The notes below the pieces were generated by a model. That model saw nothing but the letters and a program-made list of their open reading frames with translations. It ran no database searches and had not been told where the DNA came from. The position numbers were made by a program, and so were the translations under genes. From a virus (taxonomy: Duplodnaviria > Heunggongvirae > Uroviricota > Caudoviricetes), in IMG/VR virus record IMGVR_UViG_3300047160_005224, positions 96,403-160,402 of that record: a stretch of 64,000 nt of DNA. One strand, written 5' to 3'. Shown piece after piece: positions 49,697 to 58,571 of this stretch; within the stretch, counting starts at the first letter, position 1; every line of letters begins with the position of its first letter.

Positions 49697-52003
49697 TCAG
49701 ATTGAGCAGGTTTCACAATAATCGTCTTGTTCAGGAACCTGCACTTGAACAGGAGCGTCAGCTTTCTTCACTTCAACGTTATGTTCGCCAGCACCGTCAT
49801 GAATATTGTTGTAGTAGAGAGTCTTACCACCATACTTGTAGTGGAACAATATATCAGCAATCAATTCACGCATCGGAAGTTTGGCATCTTCATAGAACTC
49901 TGGGTTGTACGAAGTGTTAACTGAAATAGCTTGGTCAATCCATTTCTGGATCACAGCCATGATCTTCAGATAGCCACGAGGCGATCTCTGATCCCAACGT
50001 AGATCATACTTGTTCTTCAGGCGACGAATCTCAGGAACAACTTGAGCGAGGATACCATCCTTAGACTGCTTAATGGTTACCAAGCTCTGTGCAGGTTCAA
50101 CACCATTTGTTGCATTCAGAAGCTGCGCGGAAGATTCCCCGGGCATACACGCCATCAACGTAGAATTGCGCAACCCATACTTCTTTGCGTCTTCTTCAAG
50201 AGCATTCCAATCATAACGTTCTACGAACGAAACAAGCTCATCAATGTTCTTCTTACGAAGCTTGTGGGGGAACAATCCCTGTGCATAGCGCGTATCATTG
50301 ATCTTATCACAAGCACCTTTCTCTTGTGCAAGTTCAATCGAAGCTTTGATTGTCCAATAAGACATTCCTTCGAACAGCTCATCAACTCGCTGCAATCCTT
50401 CTTCATCAATGTGCTGATAAGTCAGATCATTCTTGGCAAGCCAGTAAGCCAAATTCACTACGCCGATGCCGAGGAAACGTCGCGAATGAGTAGCATTGCG
50501 TGCGGCTTCCATCGGATAGGTCTGCAGATCAATCAATTCATCGAGCGCACGAACAAGCAATTGTGCTGGACGCTTGAAATCTTCTGGAGCCTTTATGTGA
50601 CCGAGGTTGTACGCACCAAGAATACAAGTAGCGATTTCACCGGTTGGATCATCAACATTGTAAATTGGCTTTGTTGGAAGAACCACTTCAGTACAGAGGT
50701 TCGACATACGAACTGGCGCAACTTCAGGAATGAACGGACCTTGGGTGTTGACGTTGTCAACATTCATGTTGTAGATGCGACCAACTTCTGCGCGGTTCTT
50801 TACGAACAACTCCATAAGATCACGAGCACGGACTTTCTTTTTCTTCAGTCGCGGATTCTTTTCCGCGCGCTCGTACAACTCCTCGAACTTTTCTTGATCA
50901 GAAAAGAACGCTTCGTACATACCAGGCACATCCTTGTGATTGAACAAGTAAACGTGCTTATTGTCGATGAAGCGCTGATAGAACAGACGGTTCAATTGAA
51001 TGTCGAAATCTAGATGGAACAGGCGGTTCTCATGCGTTCCAGCATTGTTCTTCAGAACAAGAAGGTCTTCAACTTCACCGTGGAACCATGGGTAGTAGAG
51101 AGTTGCAGAACCTCCACGAACGCCACCCTGTGAGCAAGACTTTACAGCATCTTGCCAGTAGCGATAGTATGGCATTACACCAGTGGTAACAGCATCACCA
51201 TTGCGCACTTGCGAATTGACAGGACGTAGTTTGCCTCCGCCGATGCCAATTCCAGCCTTTTGGCTGACGTAGAGCATGATGGCAGAACCAGTTGCAGCAA
51301 TTGATTTAAGATCGTCATCGGATTCAATCAGAACACATGATGCAAATTGACGCTGAGGAGTACGAACACCAGCAAGAATTGGAGTCGGGAGGTTGATAAC
51401 ATGCTTAGAAGCATAGTCATAGAATTCCAACACCCAGTCCATACGCGTTTCCTTTGGATAGCGTTGGAACAGATACGCTGCTACAAGCATGTAGAGCATC
51501 TGTGGCGTTTCAAGAATTTCACCAGTTGCGCGATTCTTTACGAGATATTTGCCGCGCAACTGTTCCATACCAGCGTAAGCAAACAACAAATCACGATCAT
51601 GATCAATATGATCCTGCATCTGCTGCCATTCTTGTTCGTCATAAACGTCAAGAAGGATCTTGTCATAGAAGCCAGCTTCCACGACAGAATGCACGTGATC
51701 GATGATGGTTGGTGGCTCAAACTGACCATACACTTGCTTGCGCAAGCCATAGCTGATCAGACGACCAGCAACAAACTGATAGTTCGGTTTGTCTTCAGAA
51801 ATCTTTTCTGCAGCCGAACGAATGAGAGCTTCCTGAATCTCGGAAGTTTTGATGCCATTGCGGAAATTCAATTGAGCGGACATTTCCACGTCCGATGCAG
51901 ACACACCGGAAAGACCTTCACATGCCCAGAGTACAACCTTGTGGAGCTTGTTGAGATCGAGTGGCTCTTGTGAGCCATTTCTTTTTGTTACAAGAATTGT
52001 CAT
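49697..52003 (-). CDS. nrdA: ribonucleotide reductase class Ia large subunit (NrdA) with N-terminal ATP-cone
   Basis: 768 aa; ATP-cone VTKRNGSQEPLDLNKLHKVV; catalytic Cys, PFL-like core and C-terminal Cys pair. Confidence 0.9.
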   Translation of the reverse strand: MTILVTKRNGSQEPLDLNKLHKVVLWACEGLSGVSASDVEMSAQLNFRNGIKTSEIQEALIRSAAEKISEDKPNYQFVAGRLISYGLRKQVYGQFEPPTIIDHVHSVVEAGFYDKILLDVYDEQEWQQMQDHIDHDRDLLFAYAGMEQLRGKYLVKNRATGEILETPQMLYMLVAAYLFQRYPKETRMDWVLEFYDYASKHVINLPTPILAGVRTPQRQFASCVLIESDDDLKSIAATGSAIMLYVSQKAGIGIGGGKLRPVNSQVRNGDAVTTGVMPYYRYWQDAVKSCSQGGVRGGSATLYYPWFHGEVEDLLVLKNNAGTHENRLFHLDFDIQLNRLFYQRFIDNKHVYLFNHKDVPGMYEAFFSDQEKFEELYERAEKNPRLKKKKVRARDLMELFVKNRAEVGRIYNMNVDNVNTQGPFIPEVAPVRMSNLCTEVVLPTKPIYNVDDPTGEIATCILGAYNLGHIKAPEDFKRPAQLLVRALDELIDLQTYPMEAARNATHSRRFLGIGVVNLAYWLAKNDLTYQHIDEEGLQRVDELFEGMSYWTIKASIELAQEKGACDKINDTRYAQGLFPHKLRKKNIDELVSFVERYDWNALEEDAKKYGLRNSTLMACMPGESSAQLLNATNGVEPAQSLVTIKQSKDGILAQVVPEIRRLKNKYDLRWDQRSPRGYLKIMAVIQKWIDQAISVNTSYNPEFYEDAKLPMRELIADILFHYKYGGKTLYYNNIHDGAGEHNVEVKKADAPVQVQVPEQDDYCETCSI

Positions 52004-52275
52004 CGTGACCCTTCGTACTTTTCAAAGACCGGAAGTCCACTAACCAGCGAATAGTGGTGAAATAGATAGCCTGCCAAATCGCGTTCAATATACTCGCGAT
52101 CAACGTACATTGTACGACTATCATACTCATCAGGTTCATCCGTGTACATCCTTCCTGGGATGCGTTCACGAACAACACAGACAAGGTATCTTCCTTGTTG
52201 GTCTTCGAAGTGTTTAAGAAACGGAGACTCAGCCGCCAGTGGAATAGATGCGTGAGATGGTGACTGATCCGTCAT
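52000..52275 (-). CDS. hypothetical protein (91 aa)
   Basis: Minus ORF with ATGA overlap. Confidence 0.45.
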   Translation of the reverse strand: MTDQSPSHASIPLAAESPFLKHFEDQQGRYLVCVVRERIPGRMYTDEPDEYDSRTMYVDREYIERDLAGYLFHHYSLVSGLPVFEKYEGSR

Positions 52276-52420
52276 CGTTGAATGTCCAACAGAGCGTTGC
52301 GCCTGGCAACAAATTCAGCTTCTTGAAAAGTTCTGGTGGCATGTCCACCGCGATTGCTCCATCAACGTCGATCACATGAGTGACGAAGCACTTTTGTTCT
52401 TGTGTCATACTTTCTTCCAT
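52229..52420 (-). CDS. hypothetical protein (63 aa)
   Basis: Minus ORF. Confidence 0.35.
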   Translation of the reverse strand: MEESMTQEQKCFVTHVIDVDGAIAVDMPPELFKKLNLLPGATLCWTFNDDGSVTISRIYSTGG

Positions 52421-53457
52421 TCCGTCAAACGCAAATGAGCGGATAGACCGCTGTAAATGTTACGGTGGATCATAACTGAAATCTCCTCCAATTCAAATCC
52501 ACCTTCCAAAATCATCTCGTTGATGTCCTTCTCTTCAACAGCATTCGGGAACACGACAACGCGAAATCCTTCCTTGATTCGCTTCTCCATCTTGGAGACT
52601 ATGACGTTGCTTCTTGGCTCGTTGTCGTAGACGAAGATTGCTTTTCTGGGATCCTTCAGAACCTGATCAACATGGACGTCTGAACCTGCCATTGCGATGC
52701 TGTTTGGAAGGAACAGAGAGTCGATTGGTCCTTCTACCACGAACACATCGTTTTTGTCATTCAGGCGATCAAGTCCAAACGCCTTCGGCATGTTATCATC
52801 TAACATGATGGTGATGTATCGAGTTCCAGAATTGGAAAACGACCTTCCCTGAAAGCCAAAAAGCCTACCATCCCGATCGAGAAACGGAATGATAAGCCTC
52901 GGATGATCTTTTTCTGTCGCAGGCAGTTTGCCTGGCACCAGTTGATTGACTAGCTTTACAAAGCCAGGTGTGAAGTAAAGAAGATACTGCTTGGATGGTT
53001 CGATCTTGCGCCCATCCACATACTTCTTAGCGAAGTGATCTGCAGGAAGCGAACTCACCTTCACACAGTTCGTTCCTTCAAACATCTTCTGCACACGATG
53101 CTTGGAATAGCGACCGATATCGCTCTTGAATTCCTTGGCAGGTGCAGAAGTTACACGTCTTGTATCAAAGGAACTGCTAGACTCCTTGATACACTCCAGA
53201 CGATACTCGTCATGCAGACGCGTGTCCAGATCCTTGAGGAACTTCGCGAAAATGTGACTAGCACCACAGTTGTGGCAGTAGAAGAACATCTTGCCAGCTT
53301 TTTCAAGGAGATAACCGCGCGCTTTGTTCTTGTTGTAATCCGAGTCACCACAATACGGACAACGGCAATTGGCAAGGTAAGGCGAATTGCGCTTCAACTT
53401 GAAGTTCTGCAACCTTACAGAAATCATGTTGGCGTATTTTGTATCAATCCACATCAT
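52405..53457 (-). CDS. DNA primase (T4 gp61-like: zinc ribbon plus Toprim)
   Basis: Zn motif CRCPYCGDS...CHNCGAS. Toprim VVEGPIDSLFL...DNEPRS. Confidence 0.6.
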   Translation of the reverse strand: MMWIDTKYANMISVRLQNFKLKRNSPYLANCRCPYCGDSDYNKNKARGYLLEKAGKMFFYCHNCGASHIFAKFLKDLDTRLHDEYRLECIKESSSSFDTRRVTSAPAKEFKSDIGRYSKHRVQKMFEGTNCVKVSSLPADHFAKKYVDGRKIEPSKQYLLYFTPGFVKLVNQLVPGKLPATEKDHPRLIIPFLDRDGRLFGFQGRSFSNSGTRYITIMLDDNMPKAFGLDRLNDKNDVFVVEGPIDSLFLPNSIAMAGSDVHVDQVLKDPRKAIFVYDNEPRSNVIVSKMEKRIKEGFRVVVFPNAVEEKDINEMILEGGFELEEISVMIHRNIYSGLSAHLRLTEWKKV

Positions 53458-53534
53458 GAAACTAGCACTCTCCTAACTCAACGCGACAGTGCCTGATTAT
53501 AGTCAGTTGTTACAACAAGAGCAACTGAATTCAC

Positions 53535-54083
53535 TTAACCGAAGAACTTTTGAACTGTGCTGAAATTGCCAGCGATGAAACCAATTACTACACCACCACC
53601 AGCAATAACCCAGCGCCAAGCCTCGAGCTTACGAACGCGCTCTTCTAGACTCGCAAATTCCTCATCAGAACTAATCTGAATATTGGTGATCTTCGTTTCG
53701 ATGCGAGCAGCAAAAGTATCTTGAGCTTCACGCAGAGAATTCACCGAAGACTTCATGTCAGCATACTGTTCTTTGATTTCTTCCTTGAGTTGCTTACGCA
53801 GTTCATCAACGCTATTGCCCAGCTGCTGATGGACCTTTTCCAAACCACGATCGTGCTCTTCTTTTCTTCTCTCAATCAACTCATAGAAACTACGAGTTCC
53901 ATTTTCCTGTTGCTGGAGGCGCTGCTCATGTACAGCAAGCATTTCCTTAACAGATGAGTTGGTTTCAATGATCTTTTCAACCGCAGCTTCAAAGCGGCTG
54001 AACATCTGATACATGCCATCGACTTGACGTTCGACGACTGCTACACGTGTGGTTGTGTCATTTGCTGGAAGTGGTGTTGTCAT
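53535..54083 (-). CDS. coiled-coil protein with C-terminal TM (182 aa)
   Basis: Minus ORF in the lysis cluster. Confidence 0.5.
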   Translation of the reverse strand: MTTPLPANDTTTRVAVVERQVDGMYQMFSRFEAAVEKIIETNSSVKEMLAVHEQRLQQQENGTRSFYELIERRKEEHDRGLEKVHQQLGNSVDELRKQLKEEIKEQYADMKSSVNSLREAQDTFAARIETKITNIQISSDEEFASLEERVRKLEAWRWVIAGGGVVIGFIAGNFSTVQKFFG

Positions 54084-54438
54084 CTGTTTTAGCCTTCAGC
54101 TGATCGGTTGCTTGTTTGCAAGAGATAGACGTCTGTTTGTTGGCGTCCTTTTCAGCTGCGATAAGACAATCGTCCTTCACAGCACACATTATGTATTGTT
54201 GCTGCAACTTTGTGATTAGTTTGAGTGCCTGACCTAGATCAAGCGTCGAAATGTCTACATCGAGTTGTGGACAAGCTACAAGCAAACTCGAATCTACTTT
54301 CGGCGGATTATTTGCCGCTTCTAATAGAATTGAGCTGTTGGGCTTGATCTCTGATGATTTGCACGCCACTAGGAGGCATAGTGCAAGACTGATAAACAGG
54401 ATTCGATTGAATTTCTTTAACAATCTTAGTTTTGACAT
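54058..54438 (-). CDS. o-spanin (outer-membrane lipoprotein, Rz1-like), overlapped architecture
   Basis: Start MSKLRLLKKFNRILFISLALCLLVAC with lipobox LVAC. +1 frame relative to the i-spanin, extending past its stop. Confidence 0.55.
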   Translation of the reverse strand: MSKLRLLKKFNRILFISLALCLLVACKSSEIKPNSSILLEAANNPPKVDSSLLVACPQLDVDISTLDLGQALKLITKLQQQYIMCAVKDDCLIAAEKDANKQTSISCKQATDQLKAKTDDNTTSSK

Positions 54439-54715
54439 TTTTCTTTTCCTCGGCCAGCTGGTTCTGAGTAGTTTGAAGCTCAGCAGCCAAGCTATCGTAT
54501 TTGTCCTGAAGTTGCTTCTTCTGTGCATCTAGAGCATCGCGTGCTTTCATGTCAGCATTTTGCTGAGCGATGATTTCAGCTTTTGCAGCAACATCACGTT
54601 TGTTGTAACCGTAGGTGTAGCTCGTATGAGCAGTCCATCCAAGGATTACAGCGAGCACAACACCAGCAACCGCAAATTTAACCCAAGGAGGAATAACGTA
54701 ACCGAGAAGACTCAT
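54308..54715 (-). CDS. i-spanin (Rz-like: N-terminal TM plus periplasmic coiled coil)
   Basis: N-terminal TM VKFAVAGVVLAVILGW, then a coiled coil (AKAEIIAQQNADMKARDALDAQKKQLQDKY). Confidence 0.55.
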   Translation of the reverse strand: MSLLGYVIPPWVKFAVAGVVLAVILGWTAHTSYTYGYNKRDVAAKAEIIAQQNADMKARDALDAQKKQLQDKYDSLAAELQTTQNQLAEEKKNVKTKIVKEIQSNPVYQSCTMPPSGVQIIRDQAQQLNSIRSGK

Positions 54716-55254
54716 TGTAGATTCCCCTTCATGATTCTGCGGAGAGAGTTGATATTTGGTTTAGGAGCAGCTTCTTTGTTGCTCTCTTTGTATTTCTTCA
54801 TTGTTTTTGGAGTGAAGCCAGGTTCACCAGAAGGTCCAACACCAGTGGATGCAATAGCACCGCCACCAATGTTGTTTGCTGGAACACCATCTTCTTTCAG
54901 ATGCTTCACTTCTTCAAGGCATTCCTCAAAGATGAACGGCAGTTCGTTGAACAATGCATAGTCTTCCTTGACAACTTTTGGATACTGCTTCAACAATAGA
55001 AGAGCTGCCGCGTATGTTCCAAACTTGGTATCACCACCAGGAACCTTTGCGAGAATTTGCTTCAAATGCAAAATCAGAAGGTCAAAGTAGCCAAAGGCTT
55101 CCTTCTCCTTCTGAGTTTTCAGATCCTGAATCAACTTCAACTGATTTCCATCAGTATCGATGATTCCCAACTTGTGTGCCTCCCACTGATCGAACGGCGT
55201 CGTCAGCTTTCTCAAAAACTCATAAGAGAGGTACAAGTCTTTCAGGGTTGCCAT
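54712..55254 (-). CDS. hypothetical protein (180 aa)
   Basis: Minus ORF. Confidence 0.5.
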   Translation of the reverse strand: MATLKDLYLSYEFLRKLTTPFDQWEAHKLGIIDTDGNQLKLIQDLKTQKEKEAFGYFDLLILHLKQILAKVPGGDTKFGTYAAALLLLKQYPKVVKEDYALFNELPFIFEECLEEVKHLKEDGVPANNIGGGAIASTGVGPSGEPGFTPKTMKKYKESNKEAAPKPNINSLRRIMKGNLQ

Positions 55255-55255
55255 C

Positions 55256-55636
55256 TTAGATTCTACGCAGAAGGTTGACTATGGTCGGATCCATTGGAAT
55301 TTCAATTGTATCTAGTACATCATGTTTTCCGACTCCAAACATTTTGTCAGGCAGTCGATTCAGATATACCAGGAATGGTTTCAAGAATTGCCATTGTCCT
55401 TCCAATTTGAAGAACAACATTCGAGTACATTCGCTACCGAAAAGATTGTATAGAACGATCATGTGATTCAACACAAGTCGTTCCTTAATCTCTCCGCTTT
55501 GTTGATATTTGGTGAACAATCGCTTCACATAGCGAAATCGCGCCAGATCGTCATGGAATTCCTCTATGTCACAACAAGAGGGATTGTCATAACTCTTAGC
55601 AGCGATGAGCTCAAATGTATCTTCGGTCAATTTCAT
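55256..55636 (-). CDS. hypothetical protein (126 aa)
   Basis: Minus ORF. Confidence 0.5.
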   Translation of the reverse strand: MKLTEDTFELIAAKSYDNPSCCDIEEFHDDLARFRYVKRLFTKYQQSGEIKERLVLNHMIVLYNLFGSECTRMLFFKLEGQWQFLKPFLVYLNRLPDKMFGVGKHDVLDTIEIPMDPTIVNLLRRI

Positions 55637-55836
55637 GCTACCAGATTTTGTTCTTCAGCTGTTGGAGCTGGAATGCTTCGGATGATGTGTAGATCTTCAA
55701 TGCACTTGTAGACCTTGTCGACACATTCTTGTGTATGCTTCAAGACAGCAAGCTGTGTAGCTTGCGGCATCTTCTCGATGTATTCCTGAATCAACGCAGC
55801 CAAAAATTCAAGTTCTTCTTTACCAGTCACTTTCAT
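55633..55836 (-). CDS. hypothetical protein (67 aa)
   Basis: Minus ORF. Confidence 0.4.
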   Translation of the reverse strand: MKVTGKEELEFLAALIQEYIEKMPQATQLAVLKHTQECVDKVYKCIEDLHIIRSIPAPTAEEQNLVA

Positions 55837-55869
55837 AGCTTATCTCAAATGCAGTTATCTGCTCATTAG

Positions 55870-56316
55870 TTATGTCGACCACCCGAAGTCTTCTGGTTTT
55901 GGCAATAGAGCCATAACTGAAGCTGGTGTAGGCAACGGATCAGGAATATTTGCAGTCCATTGTGCTTGAAGGTTGTAACATTCTGACCACACAGCGTCAC
56001 GCCAGTGAAGCATAGAGTTGGCTTCTGCTTGAAACTTGGTATTGCTGCTGTTGATATACGAAATACAAGAGATCGAAGAATCATATCCCTTGCTCTGCGC
56101 AGTTGTATCAAGCCAGAATTGAACACCATCTTGAATAGACTGAATAATCTGAGCATGAGTTGGTTGGACACTTGGTGCAGGCAATGGAGTGTTACCTGCA
56201 GCAACCCAATCCAAATACTCCATGTACATTCCATTACCGTGATCACATGGAATCCATGAGTTGGTGTCTAACAAAATAATGAATTGGTCGTTATACAGTT
56301 GATAGTTCATTATCAA
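55870..56316 (-). CDS. putative tail fibre assembly/chaperone protein
   Basis: 148 aa; position immediately downstream of the tail fibre gene. Confidence 0.4.
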   Translation of the reverse strand: MIMNYQLYNDQFIILLDTNSWIPCDHGNGMYMEYLDWVAAGNTPLPAPSVQPTHAQIIQSIQDGVQFWLDTTAQSKGYDSSISCISYINSSNTKFQAEANSMLHWRDAVWSECYNLQAQWTANIPDPLPTPASVMALLPKPEDFGWST

Positions 56317-57635
56317 TATCCAGTGTCAGCCGTCCAGTTTCCCTGAGCAGTGTATCCTGCGCCATTTGCAAGAGTGGTACCAAATGTGATATCTGCAGAG
56401 AAACCAGCTTGTGAAACACGAGCAACTGCAGTTGCTCCGGCAGTTATCCAACTACTAGCCAGCAATCCCTGCCATTGATTGTTTGGAGAAGATGCAGAAT
56501 CACTGGAATAAAATGTGATTGTCGGATTGGACTTCTTTTGGACTTTGAATGGGATGTATTGCGAGCCAGCGACACCACCAGGACCAATCTTGGTCGTAAT
56601 GACGTAATAGTGAGAAGTGTTTCCAGGCATAGGAGTACCATCAGGACTGAACACATTTACACCAGCGAAATTGTGTTCGTAGTATCTCTGAAGAATTGGC
56701 AATTCGACCGCAAGAGGCATCACTTCAAAATCAGTAGCAACATTTCCATACTCGAGCTGAACTTGAGCAATAGAAAATGTACCAGATTGGTTTCCTAGAG
56801 AACCAGTTCGCGAATTGTTAGAACTGCCAGCATCCATCCAAAATCCAATTTGGGTGAATGTTGCATTAGACGAGTTAATGGTCTTTCCAGTTGCAGGAAT
56901 AGATGTAAAGGTGTAATTGAATTTCTGCCAACTTGTCGAAAGCGTGAATTGAGTGACACCAATAGCAAGATCTGGAGCAGATCCCAAATAGACCTGCGCC
57001 ATTTCAAATGCCAGTTTCTTTCCAGCAGTATCTGCCTTTGCATAGAACGAAAGTGTCATCGTTCTACCAGTGGTAGTTCTTACATCTTCGATCCATTGAC
57101 GAAGCAACGTGCTATCAGAAGCACCGTTGTTGGATGTAACCACGCATTGCCAATAATAGACAGGCTCATTAGGAACATCCGTTTGACCAGCAGTAAACGG
57201 TTGACGGCTGACAGAAATGGTGGTTCCGCCAGCGGTAAGATTGGACCATCTATCTGCTAGGAATAATCCACCAGGAGCAGTATTACCTGTCGTACCACGT
57301 TGCCAAAAGTTGAAGTTGCCATTGTGAAGGATATTCTTGAATCGTGTGATTCCTTCATCGCCTTTCGGGATGCCGAAATTCAAAACAAGACTAGTGGAAT
57401 TGCCAGTTGAATTTACAGTGGCAGTCGATCCTGGTGTTAGAGTGATGGTGTTTCCTACAGTGATAGTAGGCGATACACCATTCGCACCTGGTGCTCCATC
57501 GGAGCCATCAGCTCCAGGTGGTCCCGGAGGACCTGGCGGTCCAGCACTTCCTGAACCTGTGACTTCGTCACCCTCGCGAGCAACGGGCATGCCATTAACA
57601 GTGACATTTGGAGAGCCACCAAGAATAACGCCCAT
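56313..57635 (-). CDS. tail fibre protein with collagen-like Gly-X-Y repeat
   Basis: GSGSAGPPGPPGPPGADGSDGAPGANG near the N-terminus; Ser/Thr/Gly/Asn-rich beta-rich body. Confidence 0.6.
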   Translation of the reverse strand: MGVILGGSPNVTVNGMPVAREGDEVTGSGSAGPPGPPGPPGADGSDGAPGANGVSPTITVGNTITLTPGSTATVNSTGNSTSLVLNFGIPKGDEGITRFKNILHNGNFNFWQRGTTGNTAPGGLFLADRWSNLTAGGTTISVSRQPFTAGQTDVPNEPVYYWQCVVTSNNGASDSTLLRQWIEDVRTTTGRTMTLSFYAKADTAGKKLAFEMAQVYLGSAPDLAIGVTQFTLSTSWQKFNYTFTSIPATGKTINSSNATFTQIGFWMDAGSSNNSRTGSLGNQSGTFSIAQVQLEYGNVATDFEVMPLAVELPILQRYYEHNFAGVNVFSPDGTPMPGNTSHYYVITTKIGPGGVAGSQYIPFKVQKKSNPTITFYSSDSASSPNNQWQGLLASSWITAGATAVARVSQAGFSADITFGTTLANGAGYTAQGNWTADTGY

Positions 57636-57638
57636 CGA

Positions 57639-58082
57639 TTACCTTCCTACAAGAATTCCATCTACCTTCAAGAAGGCAGTTCTTCCTGCCTGAAGAACAG
57701 TAGGTGTATTGATTGTGTGCAGAGTGCTGTATGTAAAATTCACATTTGCTGTATTGGATAGATTCACAATATCAATGTGAAAGTTGTCAGAAATGGTGTT
57801 AGCAAATGCCAGAGTGACATCGCTAACACCATTGTAATACAAAGTCTGACCATTGAAGGAATCATTCACCGTCACGTTTGCCAAAAACTCGCTGCTGAAT
57901 ACACGAACTTGGGTCGCATTCAAAGGCAGGAGTTGCGAAGAAACGTACTGAATGATGACGGAAGGCGCTACTTGCCAGTTTGTTCCGGCTGCAGAATCTG
58001 CCACCAAGAAAACCATGTTGGCTGTCAAGGTGTTTGCAATCGGGAAATTCGAAATTTTCTTAGGTGCTGGAACGCCTGCCAT
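57639..58082 (-). CDS. tail fibre-associated / structural protein (147 aa)
   Basis: Adjacent to the fibre gene; Asn/Thr/Val-rich. Confidence 0.45.
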   Translation of the reverse strand: MAGVPAPKKISNFPIANTLTANMVFLVADSAAGTNWQVAPSVIIQYVSSQLLPLNATQVRVFSSEFLANVTVNDSFNGQTLYYNGVSDVTLAFANTISDNFHIDIVNLSNTANVNFTYSTLHTINTPTVLQAGRTAFLKVDGILVGR

Positions 58083-58096
58083 CTTCTATTCCTCTA

Positions 58097-58567
58097 TTAG
58101 CCCACACCAGCCGTGGTGTCATCGAACGAACCTGCTACCAGAACTTCGCGGAACATACGACCGACTCGACCTGCGTTCATGAACGCACCAGTCAAAACGG
58201 CGCCAGTTCCACCAGTGGTTGTTACACCAATAGTTGGTACAACATTCGACGAATAGACTGGAACGACCTGAACAGTCAGAGCAGTGATAGCACCGTTTCC
58301 GTTGACGTTTGCTACGAACACATAAGCATTCGATGCATTCACCGGCGAACCACCAGTGAAGGTCAGAGTGTCGCCAGGACCGTATCCTGTACCACCAGCA
58401 GTAATTGTGATGGTAAGAGTCGTGGTGTTGGTCTGTTGAACAACCCATCCAGCGTGTGGGATGGAATGATTTGCCTGTTCGGTGGCAACATTAACTGCTG
58501 TCACAAACGAAGCGTTTGCGTAATACTTCGGCTTGATGCCAGAAGTTAGAGATCCCCAAAGAGACAT
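58097..58567 (-). CDS. structural protein, Thr/Gly/Val-rich (156 aa)
   Basis: Minus ORF. Confidence 0.45.
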   Translation of the reverse strand: MSLWGSLTSGIKPKYYANASFVTAVNVATEQANHSIPHAGWVVQQTNTTTLTITITAGGTGYGPGDTLTFTGGSPVNASNAYVFVANVNGNGAITALTVQVVPVYSSNVVPTIGVTTTGGTGAVLTGAFMNAGRVGRMFREVLVAGSFDDTTAGVG

Positions 58568-58571
58568 GTGT

